A stretch of 64,000 nt of DNA. It comes from Bacteroidales bacterium (GTDB lineage Bacteria; Bacteroidota; Bacteroidia; Bacteroidales; WRLA01). This document shows, piece by piece, positions 21,001 through 25,339 of the stretch. The stretch's first letter is position 1; every line of letters begins with the position of its first letter. A program made the translations under genes and the position numbers. The stretch spans positions 12,852 through 76,851 of the forward strand of contig WRLA01000001.1 of assembly GCA_009777825.1 (NCBI GenBank), in the 5' to 3' direction. Under the pieces are notes generated by a model. It had not been told where the DNA came from. It made no database searches and saw only the letters and a list, made by a program, of their open reading frames with translations.

Positions 21001-21524
21001 ACGCTACCGCTCCTGTCTATACTGATAATCCCATACCGCTTCGTGTTCGTACCCGGGTTCACACTGGTATAGCCTGCCGGAGTACCCCCATAATAATATA
21101 GGTAATTGGCGCTGGTTAGTCCCTGCCACCCTTCGTACTGATTGTCACGGTAGGCAAAGATAGAACCGTATGCCGTCCCCGTCAGAAAGTTTTCCGACAC
21201 CACGTAATACGAGCGGTAAATCTTGCCCTCGTCAATCGGGAAGTTGTTCTGCGAGACCAACTTCTTGGCCATCGTCTGAAAACGAACCGACGGCTGAAAA
21301 TTCGAACCGCTACGCCTGTACACAGGAACCGCCGCAGTGTTGTACTGCAAGAAGTCGTTCGACTGCGACGACCAATCTTTCCACTGTGTTATATTGGTGT
21401 TGTCCGCCGGCATGGAGCCGTCCAAAACCTGATCGGCTTTCAACCAAAGTTCGACATCGTAACCTGTTTGCGCCGAAACGCTTAAGCCCGCACAAAAAAA
21501 GATTGCTAAAAATGATTTTTTCAT
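6003..21524 (-). CDS. giant multidomain cell-surface adhesin-like protein (~5,173 aa from the MKKSFLAIFF start)
   Basis: Single uninterrupted ORF 6003..21560. The probable start is M13 at 21524 (MKKSFLAIFFCAGLSVSA|Q signal peptide). Domain blocks recognised by eye are listed as separate features. Confidence 0.9.
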   Translation of the reverse strand: MKKSFLAIFFCAGLSVSAQTGYDVELWLKADQVLDGSMPADNTNITQWKDWSSQSNDFLQYNTAAVPVYRRSGSNFQPSVRFQTMAKKLVSQNNFPIDEGKIYRSYYVVSENFLTGTAYGSIFAYRDNQYEGWQGLTSANYLYYYGGTPAGYTSVNPGTNTKRYGIISIDRSGSVWHNAAPATGAARPFTGVATRATIGVTTVAGATNPFYGDIQEIIIISKPANTPFTAMDHQIMTSYLAIKYGHALNQSNMPDLYNSAETMVWTSSNHTGYTNNVFGIGRDDATGLYQKQAESREDKTLTTFLDNQLYPLNVNNGGTLSDMTYMLLGSNGLTGMTPYIWAKETPYSNLTIDENLNIRLSAVYNAQVTGAASVTTSFQLNSYKAKYLMVSSAPDFIPGNTTLYLLDGNGIARNVEIADGDYIGFALLEKMPGGITNANVVAWLTSENYNNGVWLNLMQQGVGNFSGAATAPRKLNTTGYNYHPIVLFEKPGANGSAPNQLLSDLPIDIATTESFTTIFVLQRRVTTSLYYDFLMGVTNTDNYNAISWRANNHNLTYTWPGTTSRALGAVEKGLLSVGNVNVTATAVQEGIRCFKDGVQTNFATAQWNGTTNRGNGRVALGGGRNSQAWYGYRGMLQEVILIKRTDNQHVDAIDMQKIHSYLAVKYGIMLQNNDDYINTAGNIVWSRSANTGYNNNIFGIARDETTGLYQRQAINSDDSVLIVFRGNQLYTLNSQNPETLNNMTYLLLGSNNQEGITDYTPANMQFENALLSHETFATRQQRLYKAQLTGDDSDITVSLLIQKFKAKYVIVSNTTNFIPSDTRIYAVNDGIATGVKIEDGDYIGFVIDGSMLNYTVELWFDANNMRAGSQSIDGMSVTRWANQSGTMNDLVRNGTQNVPIYKDEGMNFQPAVRFAAPFKQLVTEHNFQTYANTGRVYRTFYVSTANLTGTTAYGALFSYRTGANLDEGWRGATNNDYLYFSNGTVTNFTPGLTTTTGASKRFGIVSMDRNGYVWHNAKQATPAPGTARPVTAGSARAVVGNRQAGASSNPFYGDIQEIIVLSAPAGTPFAPLDMAKINTYLAVKYGQMLDTIAQPQWIAFDGTVIWDKDDPDCAGYSNNIFGIGRDDAIGLYQKQSLSVDGSEKVIVFLGNSQTLPTLNSQNNGTLNDGQYLMIGSNGIIAGNSTKELFDHPEGEAFLNTTIDMKLDYRHGTIFKAHTIGCTSMTVNIGAGRLKADYMIVSDDPTFPTSSTDVYKMDNSAIVHDILIRDNDYFCFAYQAKGPGGVLDTRIWLKADEPSSLDFVDGEVQEWRDFGTFNSRDRRYYYMAPVTTNARPGFRNVDPDMNFHPAVDFRNHYDDYTGDDRKFEYLSTDSTCFSVPRPPQYTLISVVHIRQYGWYSNGAECSYIFGFGSSNAGASLDIGNSGADTYRRPGFGFQINTQNRGVGRSYFYNAAVNGVQALYNQYATLISMNFGNVGANQATSYLRYEGDGEGETMGNNAAVYNSGNNTLMNGPGMLGGGSLPARALIGTVGEVIMFERLLDEPEKDAIYSYLGLKYGVTVDKDKTNPLVNFDYHLADGTLVWAGNSDPLHVQYHHNVAAIVRDDLASLNNRQAHSTDAGAAVVMGIGERIGISPQLSGLNTDKEIIIWGNNGGDYTSLTYSVTPGEDALCGDFEEMLENRIWMVNVLTQENYNVIMGAYRHSGAIDNFPYDGPGWKVYLIIADSEAKIQTRQWDMVFDGVFVDGMHQFNLTFEAGKTYYFTFGGTQLFTDCDACDVDNRLNPITFTTQTWPNRAVTRNFNLNNYGLTATMTANFEQPGNSVFVSPSPNATSAALSFARKGNPRQKMITTIELDSSAMATFDIKRIGGGGGRYDNLKIYGTCGYGTRIPKMSYATTPQNSTYIIHPNLGTAIARVNSSMSISNQRGWMKVQFEEPVNKIFIEHTISGGTSTATRYLAIGGPINFTCPFTPPPINEDGINLSQQAGDRLRDTVLLCQYVTYTYCIQNVNCREKTANFTVTLPNGMKWLPNSIALATENIKDGVTNIHAYNDMATLTIDSLVATGNSTTEFSARAYFDLNATEGSYTNRARIDYQQWEGGAWNPRFYESCDAFLSGCRPSTIVALESGADRLKPLEILNIEEIMEKVCFSPKDTISIAITVRNPNTLPISETGLGVSYNEDFQYLDGSLSSSSITLGDFELYDDGGGFLVIGSYNDELEAEGFLIPPGEHIIIFQVIAPETLEQDYDFEGEPIFDESGNPIFTAFGMVFDFFSFSDDECAITIFWDAFGELELEALPTVLITGDNVICVGEMSQLSRWIGGTWTSNDPAIATVDELTGEITGVSGGKVTFSFTTDLTGCVAVSDTLTVNEPNISGAYEVFVGETIIWSPTTGGTWESSDPAIATVTDGGVVTGVAIGKVVLTYTFTATGCTSKSDSISVVAPYKPNSQGVFEIWNWDDLAHVMYVQERYPDATYAIMQNIGTPGGFFKDENDADTNIPNFGDGTGLADRETDVQNVHLGDKRFGWWGYEGFITDDDTTEYDETDADYETDIETRITIAETLYSEYEKDNDDCGWMMTVGEGWIPIGYYTSTSDNDPFVGEFTGQGFAVSGLWIDREAYGQGLFGYVIGATIDSLGVNIDTIRGNSGVGGVVGGAENTTITHCYATGNIEVAGTLGGGLVGELMDNSLIHSCYSTVNVAVLYNHAGGLVGTVEDSEINNCYTTGNVEGNNFVGGIVGSISDSEISNCYTTSVVEGEDYVGGIVGTIAGVTTIENCFAFNVRITAPAAHFVGRISGNGQTTLTNNYALNCLAAFNNTDSNDGITIPPLPVLNTNGSAFAITGNWGGDFDDYWIYNYIGYNVVTAGDTPTNLPVLKAFTAEDFSGALQPPHLDVYRVTYHANGGGGAMPPSTDYYCKNNMVSIYQSSGFARLNYVFLGWALSSSATEPYYVWTGSAFEPESYFYITEDTDLYAIWKVDDCEPMIGSILVFEQPTCGNDNGSIQVLINRSNGDYLYDINGEYGILPESGIITGLPAGFYNIVITDAGNCDEIGQTLTLTNKNVSATVEITNIADAGDCEATDGEITFEVTGATIPYYYQINDEVPAEVNDDFPVTVYLGIGEYTLTVIDGGCEIPVGTFTIRSADNELTFNLTMTEQADCSGNLGELTINITAGDPKEYRINNGKWTVLSTTEIPLPAGYYEVELRDESGCISQIESETVTNSDAEAFTAELKSSAPTTCGQGSGNIELKITGDEGKYYYSFDLGKTKIPFTTTTNPYMYEIENLSAGIYTVTLSNDDGCTFEIHGVEIEQGGSEQVDIVSISVLTQPTCGNADGSIKLVVTGGGAYEYSLNGGGWNDLDGSGIIGGLSAGNYTVTVQVSGGGCSDASQTLALTNSGTTALIAITTITDAPNCDGEGSIVFTATDVTIPYYYYINDETPTQVTDSNPVTITGIAIGDHTLTIVDAGCDVPVGGFTIRAADDGGMAFTLDEEATAICGVSNGILKITITAGEPTDYRINSGAWIAINSDKIYRAVPAGSYDVELRSDEDCITQVKTQVITNDATTFSVSAGTTYSAGCGLSNGSAGLTITGGLSPYYYSLDGGVSYKPLTAPYAITGLGAGFHDIFVKDDEGCVVRIYGVEIGQGSSETVDIVSISVMTQPTCGNADGSIKLVVTGGSAYEYSLNGGGWDDLDGSGIIGGLSAGNYTVTVQVSGGGCNDVSQTLALTNSGTTALVAITTITDAPNCDGEGSIIFTATDVTIPYYYYIDDEIPTQVTDSNPVTVSGISIGDHTLTIVDGGCDVPVGGFTIRAADDGGMAFTLDEEATAICGASNGILKITITTGEPTDYRINSGAWIAINSDEIYHSVPAGSYDVELRSDEDCITQVKTQVITNDATTFSASAGTTYSAGCGLSNGSANLTITGGVSPYSYSLDGGVSYKPLTAPYAITGLGAGFHDIYVKDDEGCVVRIYGVEIGQGSSETVDIVSISVMTQPTCGNSDGSIKLVVTGGGAYEYSLNGGGWDDLDGSGIIGGLSAGNYTVTVQVSGGGCSDVSHTLALTNSGTTAIIAITTITDAPNCDGKGSIIFTATDVTIPYYYYINDETPTQVTDNNPVTVSEISIGDHTLTIVDGGCDVPVGGFTIRAADDGGMAFTLDEEATAICGVSNGILKITITAGEPTDYRINSGAWIAINSDEIYRSVPAGSYDVELRSDEDCITQVKTQVITNDATTFSVSAGTTYSAGCGLSNGSAGLTITGGLSPYYYSLDGGVSYKPLTAPYAITGLGAGFHDIFVKDDEGCVVRIYGVEIGQGSSETVDIVSISVMTQPTCGNNDGSIKLVVTGGGAYEYSLNGGGWDDLDGSGIIGGLSAGNYTVTVQVSGGGCSDVSQTLALTNSGTTTLIAITTITDAPNCDGEGSIIFTATDVTIPYYYYIDDEIPTQVTDNNHVTIGNIAIGDHTLTIVDGGCDVPVGGFIIRAADDGGMAFTLDEEATAICGVSNGILKITITAGEPTDYRINSGAWIAINSDEIYHSVPAGSYDVELRSDEDCITQVKTQVITNDATTFSVTSATTYSAGCGLSNGSANLTITGGVSPYYYSLDGGVSYKPLTAPYAITGLGAGFHDVFVKDDEGCVVRIYGIEIGQGNSGTIAPPEAISPQIFCDGATVADLLTINQKDVLWYDSETGGTPFPETEELVDGVYYVEQISAEGCARERTAVTVIINNNVVIDAPDLPYEVELCAPATLADVPTNGNTNIVWFDRMTDGSQLPSDMPLVSDTTTLYAALKFGGGACFSVQRREVNIYLTGAVSAAPEMDTPQHFCEGALIANLAIPNDQIVWYSTSTGGVPLLNDAILIEGFYYAAQKAGSCESATRTSVEVVLDQYPAPIAPPTQTTCNGKIVFVSDLMVIGVHIKWYDDHGNEITSPETTLLENETTYWAAQAVGICESDRTPVFVTAECYSPKGTISPFVHTVDDAFNTDVVVLAKLYTPPPPLTLDKIGYIRKQTPLLTIRALYYDCNVDDVIVGAPKHPGIIGNLNNPGLSIKWSDIGKISGVPNTAKLTLADRCPTAPLGWFILEDIAPDEYILEISRQGFLTRYAEVHITDNAYLEHRELVGGDVNGDMKIDEKDYSAIRSKEGFIGNGNYDLRYDLTGDKGINSADFNVIRINFGAHNTIYQETKEWVNP
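6036..6215 (-). other. C-terminal dockerin-like duplicated EF-hand segment of the giant protein
   Basis: Sequence GGDVNGDMKIDEKDYSAIRS...YDLTGDKGINSADFNVIRINFG. It contains two D-x-[NT]-G-D-x-x-I-[DN]-x-x-D calcium-loop-plus-helix segments, as in type I dockerins. No T9SS CTD motif is present. Confidence 0.6.
6690..7606 (-). repeat. four ~75-80-aa Ig-like repeats (pattern PQxFC..A.(V/L)ADL....WY....GG..L.....L..G.YY..Q....CES.R..V.V)
   Basis: Protein-level repeats start at ISPQIFCDGATVADL, VELCAPATLADV, PQHFCEGALIANL and TQTTCNGKIVFVSDL. Confidence 0.6.
7607..12590 (-). repeat. tandem array of five 996-bp units (each with 4 SprB-type repeats, 20 in all)
   Basis: Each unit reads VDIVSISV(M/L)TQPTCGN.DGSIKLVVTGG.AYEYSLNGGGW...GVEIGQGSSET. 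Four near-identical units lie at about 7607-11590, and one divergent unit at about 11591-12590. Antisense artefact ORFs recur every 996 bp (8181, 9177, 10173, 11169). Confidence 0.9.
12612..12857 (-). other. Listeria-Bacteroides repeat (Flg_new-like) domain of the giant protein
   Basis: Sequence YRVTYHANGGGGAMPPS...YVFLGWALSS...ITEDTDLYAIWK matches the ytVtfdaNGG...GytF.GW....itLYA.W pattern. Confidence 0.6.
13195..13600 (-). other. GLUG-motif repeat region of the giant protein
   Basis: Repeated GG(L/I)VG......I.(N/H/S)CY.TG.V.G units, for example AGGLVGTVEDSEINNCYTTGNVEGNNFVGGIVGSISDSEISNCYTT. Confidence 0.6.
14210..14632 (-). other. two Big_2-like Ig domains of the giant protein
   Basis: The two domains are GGTWTSNDPAIATVDELTGEITGVSGGKVTFSFT and GGTWESSDPAIATVTDGGVVTGVAIGKVVLTYTF. 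Confidence 0.6.
16640..21465 (-). repeat. four paralogous ~420-470-aa LamG-like modules of the giant protein
   Basis: Each module begins (Y/T).(V/I)(E/A)(L/W)W(L/F).A.. and ends G(D/E)(I/V)QE(I/V)I....P.....(I/M)..YLA(I/V)KYG......(I/V)FGI(G/A)RD(D/E).TGLYQ(K/R)Q. The YL.(I/V/L)KYG anchors lie at about 20795, 19535, 18270 and 16860. Confidence 0.6.
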
Positions 21525-21938
21525 AAGATTATCCTTTAAAATTTGTTCAAATACACTCACTTTTATTATTTATATACTTTCCTTGTTTTTACGGATTTTG
21601 TCCATAAAAAAAGTGGTGCAAAGTTCGTTCATAAAACCCGAACGGTTATAATATATATCTACCTAAATTTTCTAAAAATATACGGTTTTTTTTAAAAAAA
21701 TATTAATTTTTTAATGAATATTAACAAATTATTCTCAAAAAAATCAATGTCTCAGTGCGGTAAATCCTACTTATACGAAAATTCAATTTTAAAAAAAACG
21801 TTATTATTTTTCATTATATACTCCTTTTTTTTAAACTATAAAATGCGCGATATTCGTGTGAAATTTGCAAAATTGTCCGATTTTTCATACATCCCAACAA
21901 TTCTCAATTTTCAATTCTCAATTTTCAATTATTTTTCG

Positions 21939-21946
21939 TATCTTTG
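21939..21946 (+). promoter_or_regulatory. -7 promoter box TATCTTTG upstream of tRNA-Thr
   Basis: Exact TAnnTTTG match 43 nt upstream of the tRNA 5' end. Confidence 0.5.
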
Positions 21947-21988
21947 CACCCTCTTTTTAAACCATTCGGGAGAATGGCAAAAAAAGTC

Positions 21989-22061
21989 GCCATCTTAGCT
22001 CAGCTGGTAGAGCAGTTCACTCGTAATGAACAGGTCGTGGGTTCGAGTCCCATGGATGGCT
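21989..22061 (+). tRNA. tRNA-Thr: tRNA-Thr (anticodon CGT)
   Basis: Cloverleaf folded by hand. Acceptor stem GCCATCT/GGATGGC (one U-G pair). D stem GCTC/GAGC. Anticodon stem GTTCA/TGAAC with loop CTCGTAA. T stem GTGGG/CCCAT with loop TTCGAGT. Length 73 nt, no encoded CCA. Confidence 0.9.
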
Positions 22062-22082
22062 CAAAACACAAAACACTCTTTT

Positions 22083-22721
22083 TTACACTTCCCGCAGATA
22101 AAACCGGCATTGTTCTTCTGTTTGGCTGATGCCGATCACATTCATGGCGGCGAGGTCGGAGAGCAGATGCAGGAGTTCAAAGTGTTTCAGGCGGGTTTTT
22201 CGTTTTATCTGCGACAGGGTCAAAAAGTTAAAACCTTTCAGCGCCTGCATCAGATGCGCCTCTTTTTCGGTATAGCAAATCAGGGCGCCTTTTTGCCGTT
22301 GCAACTTCTCCCACGTCAGAATTTGTACCGGATGCGCCAGAATGTTCTGGTCTTCAATACGCACATAACTCCAAAATCTTCCGTCGTCGCCTTTACATTC
22401 CACCGGCTTTGTCGGCGTTTCGGGAATGATCACCTCCAGCACCGTTTTTCCTTCGACCGTCCAATTCTCGTAGGTGAAATCCACCTGCGGACGACAATAA
22501 CGCCGTGCAGCCGAATCAACCATGTAAAACTCCTCATCGGAGCGCACGCCGGCAACGACGCCGTTATCTTTCACCCCAATCAGCAACGTCCCGCCCCGCG
22601 TATTGGAAAATGCCGAGAGCGACTTGGCGATCTTCGCAGCGTCGGTGATGGCAAACTTGAAATCCAAACGGACGTGTTCGCCCTGCGAAATTAAATCTAC
22701 AATATGATTGGTTTTACTCAT
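22083..22721 (-). CDS. AlbA_2 (Schlafen-like) putative DNA-binding domain protein
   Basis: 212 aa. The sequence GEHVRLDFKFAITDAAKIAKSLSAFSNTRGGTLLIGVKDNGVVAGV matches the AlbA_2 N-terminal pattern E..FK.......i.k...AfaNt.GG.l.iGv.D.G...G. Confidence 0.7.
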   Translation of the reverse strand: MSKTNHIVDLISQGEHVRLDFKFAITDAAKIAKSLSAFSNTRGGTLLIGVKDNGVVAGVRSDEEFYMVDSAARRYCRPQVDFTYENWTVEGKTVLEVIIPETPTKPVECKGDDGRFWSYVRIEDQNILAHPVQILTWEKLQRQKGALICYTEKEAHLMQALKGFNFLTLSQIKRKTRLKHFELLHLLSDLAAMNVIGISQTEEQCRFYLREV

Positions 22722-22728
22722 TATTTAC

Positions 22729-24303
22729 TCATTTACCATCCGCCAAAGCGCCAAACAACTTCTCTATTTTCGAAGTCAGCACGCTTGACTTGCAATCGAA
22801 ATTATTGATTATCAACGAAAAACAAATCACATCTCCGTTGGCATTATTCACGTAGCCGCAATACGCCCTGACGGCGTTCATGGTGCCGCTTTTGGCGCGA
22901 AGGTTATTTTGCGCCGACGTCCCCTTGCACATTCCCGACAGCGTTCCCGACACGCCGGCGACAGGAAAAGTGTCGTAAAAATTTGTGAATGAATTGGTTG
23001 TGTGCATCATCTTCAAAAAATCGCACAGAAAGTCGGGCGACACATAGTTGCTGCGCGACATGCCGCTACCGTCAGTCATACGAAACCCTTTGACCGACAA
23101 TCCTTTCGTCTTCAAATAATTCTCCACAAAACGGGTATTGTCGCCAAAAGAGACATCCTTTTGCGATTTCAACGAGAGCAAAATGGCTTCCGCATACAAA
23201 TTGATGCTGCGCATCATGGTCTCCGTCGCCAACTGTTTGTAAGAGACAGGTTTATGTAGATGAAACGTTGTCGGATTTTCCGTTTGGCGCGCTTGACACA
23301 CTGCTGTTTCGGAAATATCGAATCCGTTTTTAATCAAATAGTTATAAAACATGTCGGCTAACACTTCCGGCGGATTGGGCATGGCGCCTCTGATGGAAAA
23401 TTCATCCGTTTGCAGCGGGATGGTTCCGCGAATATGTATCTCCGACGTTTTGATGGAGGGATAAATCACGGTTTGGTCGCCGCTATTGGCGGCGGCTGTG
23501 GTAACATGATTGACAAACAGCACATTAGGAATCTCCGGCTCTATTCGGACAATGACGGCGCTATCGCCCGTCTTCTTGCCGGATTTGAAAAAGATTTTGT
23601 ACTCGTTGTCCATGAAATTCAAACCGTAAACGCCTGCTCCGTAATAGTTTCCGATGTCGCCCCAGTTCCATCCGCCGGCAAAAGGTTCGCCGGCGAAATA
23701 CGAGGCGTCGGCGACGATTTTCCCATCTATGGCGGCGATGCCGACAGCACGCAACGCCTGCACCCATTCCGCAAAAACGACATCGGGATTTTGACTTTTA
23801 AACCGCGGTGAGCCGAGCGTAGGGTCGCCTTTCCCGTAGATGATGACGTCGCCGTGAAGAACGGAATCCGGATCAATCGTTCCGATATATTGCAATTGAG
23901 TTTCAAAGAGATAGGACGAGCCTTTGATGAGAAAACCGGTTCCGACGGTTACTGTTTTCATCACGGAAGCCGGAATCAGCGATTTCTGAGCGTTATACTC
24001 GGCAACGACTTTGTTCTTCGACAGGTTCACCGCCTTAAACCCGTAGGAGGCGTGTTTGAAAGTGGTGTCGCTTTGCCATTCGTTCAAAACTTTTCCAACG
24101 GCGTTCATGCCCGGGGGCTGGGCGGCGGAAATGTTGAAGAATAGTACGAAACATAAAATGAAGGTGCAAGATGCGTATGAAAAATTGGTTAACCACAAAG
24201 AGCACGAAGTACACACAAAGGCACGCAAAGACAATACGCTGTTTATCAATACTTTGTGTTCTTTGTGAAAACCTTTGTCAACCTTTGTGGTAAAAATTTT
24301 CAT
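22729..24303 (-). CDS. dacB: D-alanyl-D-alanine carboxypeptidase/endopeptidase, PBP4 (peptidase S13) family
   Basis: Active-site motif SxxK (PASVMKTVT). The C-terminal region SGTLSGM...AKSGTMNAVRAYCGY contains a KSG (KTG-type) triad. The start is uncertain. The first ~50 codons are encoded by cacaaag-type repeat sequence, and a signal-like segment (CTFILCFVLFFNISAA|Q) follows only after that. Confidence 0.8.
   Translation of the reverse strand: MKIFTTKVDKGFHKEHKVLINSVLSLRAFVCTSCSLWLTNFSYASCTFILCFVLFFNISAAQPPGMNAVGKVLNEWQSDTTFKHASYGFKAVNLSKNKVVAEYNAQKSLIPASVMKTVTVGTGFLIKGSSYLFETQLQYIGTIDPDSVLHGDVIIYGKGDPTLGSPRFKSQNPDVVFAEWVQALRAVGIAAIDGKIVADASYFAGEPFAGGWNWGDIGNYYGAGVYGLNFMDNEYKIFFKSGKKTGDSAVIVRIEPEIPNVLFVNHVTTAAANSGDQTVIYPSIKTSEIHIRGTIPLQTDEFSIRGAMPNPPEVLADMFYNYLIKNGFDISETAVCQARQTENPTTFHLHKPVSYKQLATETMMRSINLYAEAILLSLKSQKDVSFGDNTRFVENYLKTKGLSVKGFRMTDGSGMSRSNYVSPDFLCDFLKMMHTTNSFTNFYDTFPVAGVSGTLSGMCKGTSAQNNLRAKSGTMNAVRAYCGYVNNANGDVICFSLIINNFDCKSSVLTSKIEKLFGALADGK
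24140..24290. repeat. cacaaag/gcaaag-type intergenic repeat block
   Basis: Sequence cacaaagagcacgaagtacacacaaaggcacgcaaagacaat...ctttgtgttctttgtgaaaacctttgtcaacctttgtgg. It is related to the gcaaag hairpin block at 63925-63990. Confidence 0.5.
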
Positions 24304-24316
24304 ATACCCAAATATT

Positions 24317-25330
24317 TTATTCCTTATAAACCACATTCAAAACCACCTCTCCCACGACTTTCAGCGTTTCGGGACTGATGTTCGATATGTCGTCTTTCAA
24401 TGTATGCCAATAGTCCACAAAACTGCCGTTTTTAGAGTCGGGACGAAGATGTATAATGTTGACAGTCGGAATGTTAGCGATTTTATTGATATAGTAATGG
24501 TCGTCGGTGATGGCTGCGCCTTCCGTTTTTGGGAAATAGTCGCCGTATCCGATTTGTTCAGCCATGTCCCACACTTTTTTCACAATCTTGTTGGCATAAT
24601 AATTGGAAAACGCCTCGATGGGAAATTGCGCCTGATGGTCGCCTACCATGTCGAGCAGAATCCCAAACGACGCCTTATAAGCCGGAGCATGAGGCGTTTT
24701 CGCCCAATGTTGCGCACCCAAGCCCCATGTGTCGCTTTCCTGATTTTGCGCATCTTGCGGAGCGCCATAATCTTCGACGTCGAAGAAAATAATGTCCACG
24801 CCGACCTCCGGGCGAGCCAAAGCCATCTGCCGCGCTATTTCGAGCAACACCCCTACTCCACTCGCGCCATCGTTAGCGCCCAAGATGGGCGTTTTATGAT
24901 TGTTTGGGTCGGGGTCGTTATCCGCAAAAGGACGGGAATCCCAATGCGCCGCCAGAAAAATCCGTTTTTGCCTGTCGGGATTGAACGAGCCGATGATATT
25001 CTGCCCGTCGAGGATGGTTCTGTCGAAAGAATAAGTTTTAAACGCCTGTGTTACAACAGTATCGCAAAAACGACTTAACGTTCCGACAAGATATTCCGCA
25101 CACGCCTTCGCCGCCGGAGTATTCGGCACGCGAGGTCCAAAATCAACCTGCCGCCTGACAAAGTTGTAAGCGGAATCCGCATCAAACGGAGGTATAAACC
25201 GTTCTTGTTCAACGACATTCGTCTGCTCTTTTGTGGGCGTTCCTTTTTTTTCTGACGTGCCACCGCAAGAAGTCATTGCAAACATCGCAACGGTGAGAAT
25301 AATTAATACACTTTTATTAGTTGTGTTCAT
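24317..25330 (-). CDS. glutaminyl-peptide cyclotransferase (type II QC, M28 fold), lipoprotein
   Basis: Start at MNTTNKSVLIILTVAMFAMTSCGG (lipobox). The motif FLAAHWDSRPFADND...ILGANDGASGVGVLLEIARQ is typical of Bacteroidota QC/M28 enzymes. The 109 upstream codons of the ORF track run through a palindromic repeat and are rejected. Confidence 0.8.
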   Translation of the reverse strand: MNTTNKSVLIILTVAMFAMTSCGGTSEKKGTPTKEQTNVVEQERFIPPFDADSAYNFVRRQVDFGPRVPNTPAAKACAEYLVGTLSRFCDTVVTQAFKTYSFDRTILDGQNIIGSFNPDRQKRIFLAAHWDSRPFADNDPDPNNHKTPILGANDGASGVGVLLEIARQMALARPEVGVDIIFFDVEDYGAPQDAQNQESDTWGLGAQHWAKTPHAPAYKASFGILLDMVGDHQAQFPIEAFSNYYANKIVKKVWDMAEQIGYGDYFPKTEGAAITDDHYYINKIANIPTVNIIHLRPDSKNGSFVDYWHTLKDDISNISPETLKVVGEVVLNVVYKE

Positions 25331-25339
25331 TTTGCTTAT

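Noticed and set aside
21714-21998. A 94-aa ORF in the AT-rich spacer upstream of the giant gene.
   Set aside because: It is extremely AT-rich and low-complexity, runs into the tRNA gene, and includes the tRNA promoter box.
22026-22694. A 222-aa plus-strand ORF that starts inside the tRNA.
   Set aside because: It overlaps tRNA-Thr and is antisense to the AlbA_2 gene.
24275-25078. A 267-aa plus-strand ORF.
   Set aside because: It is antisense to the well-supported glutaminyl cyclase gene and has no recognisable motifs.
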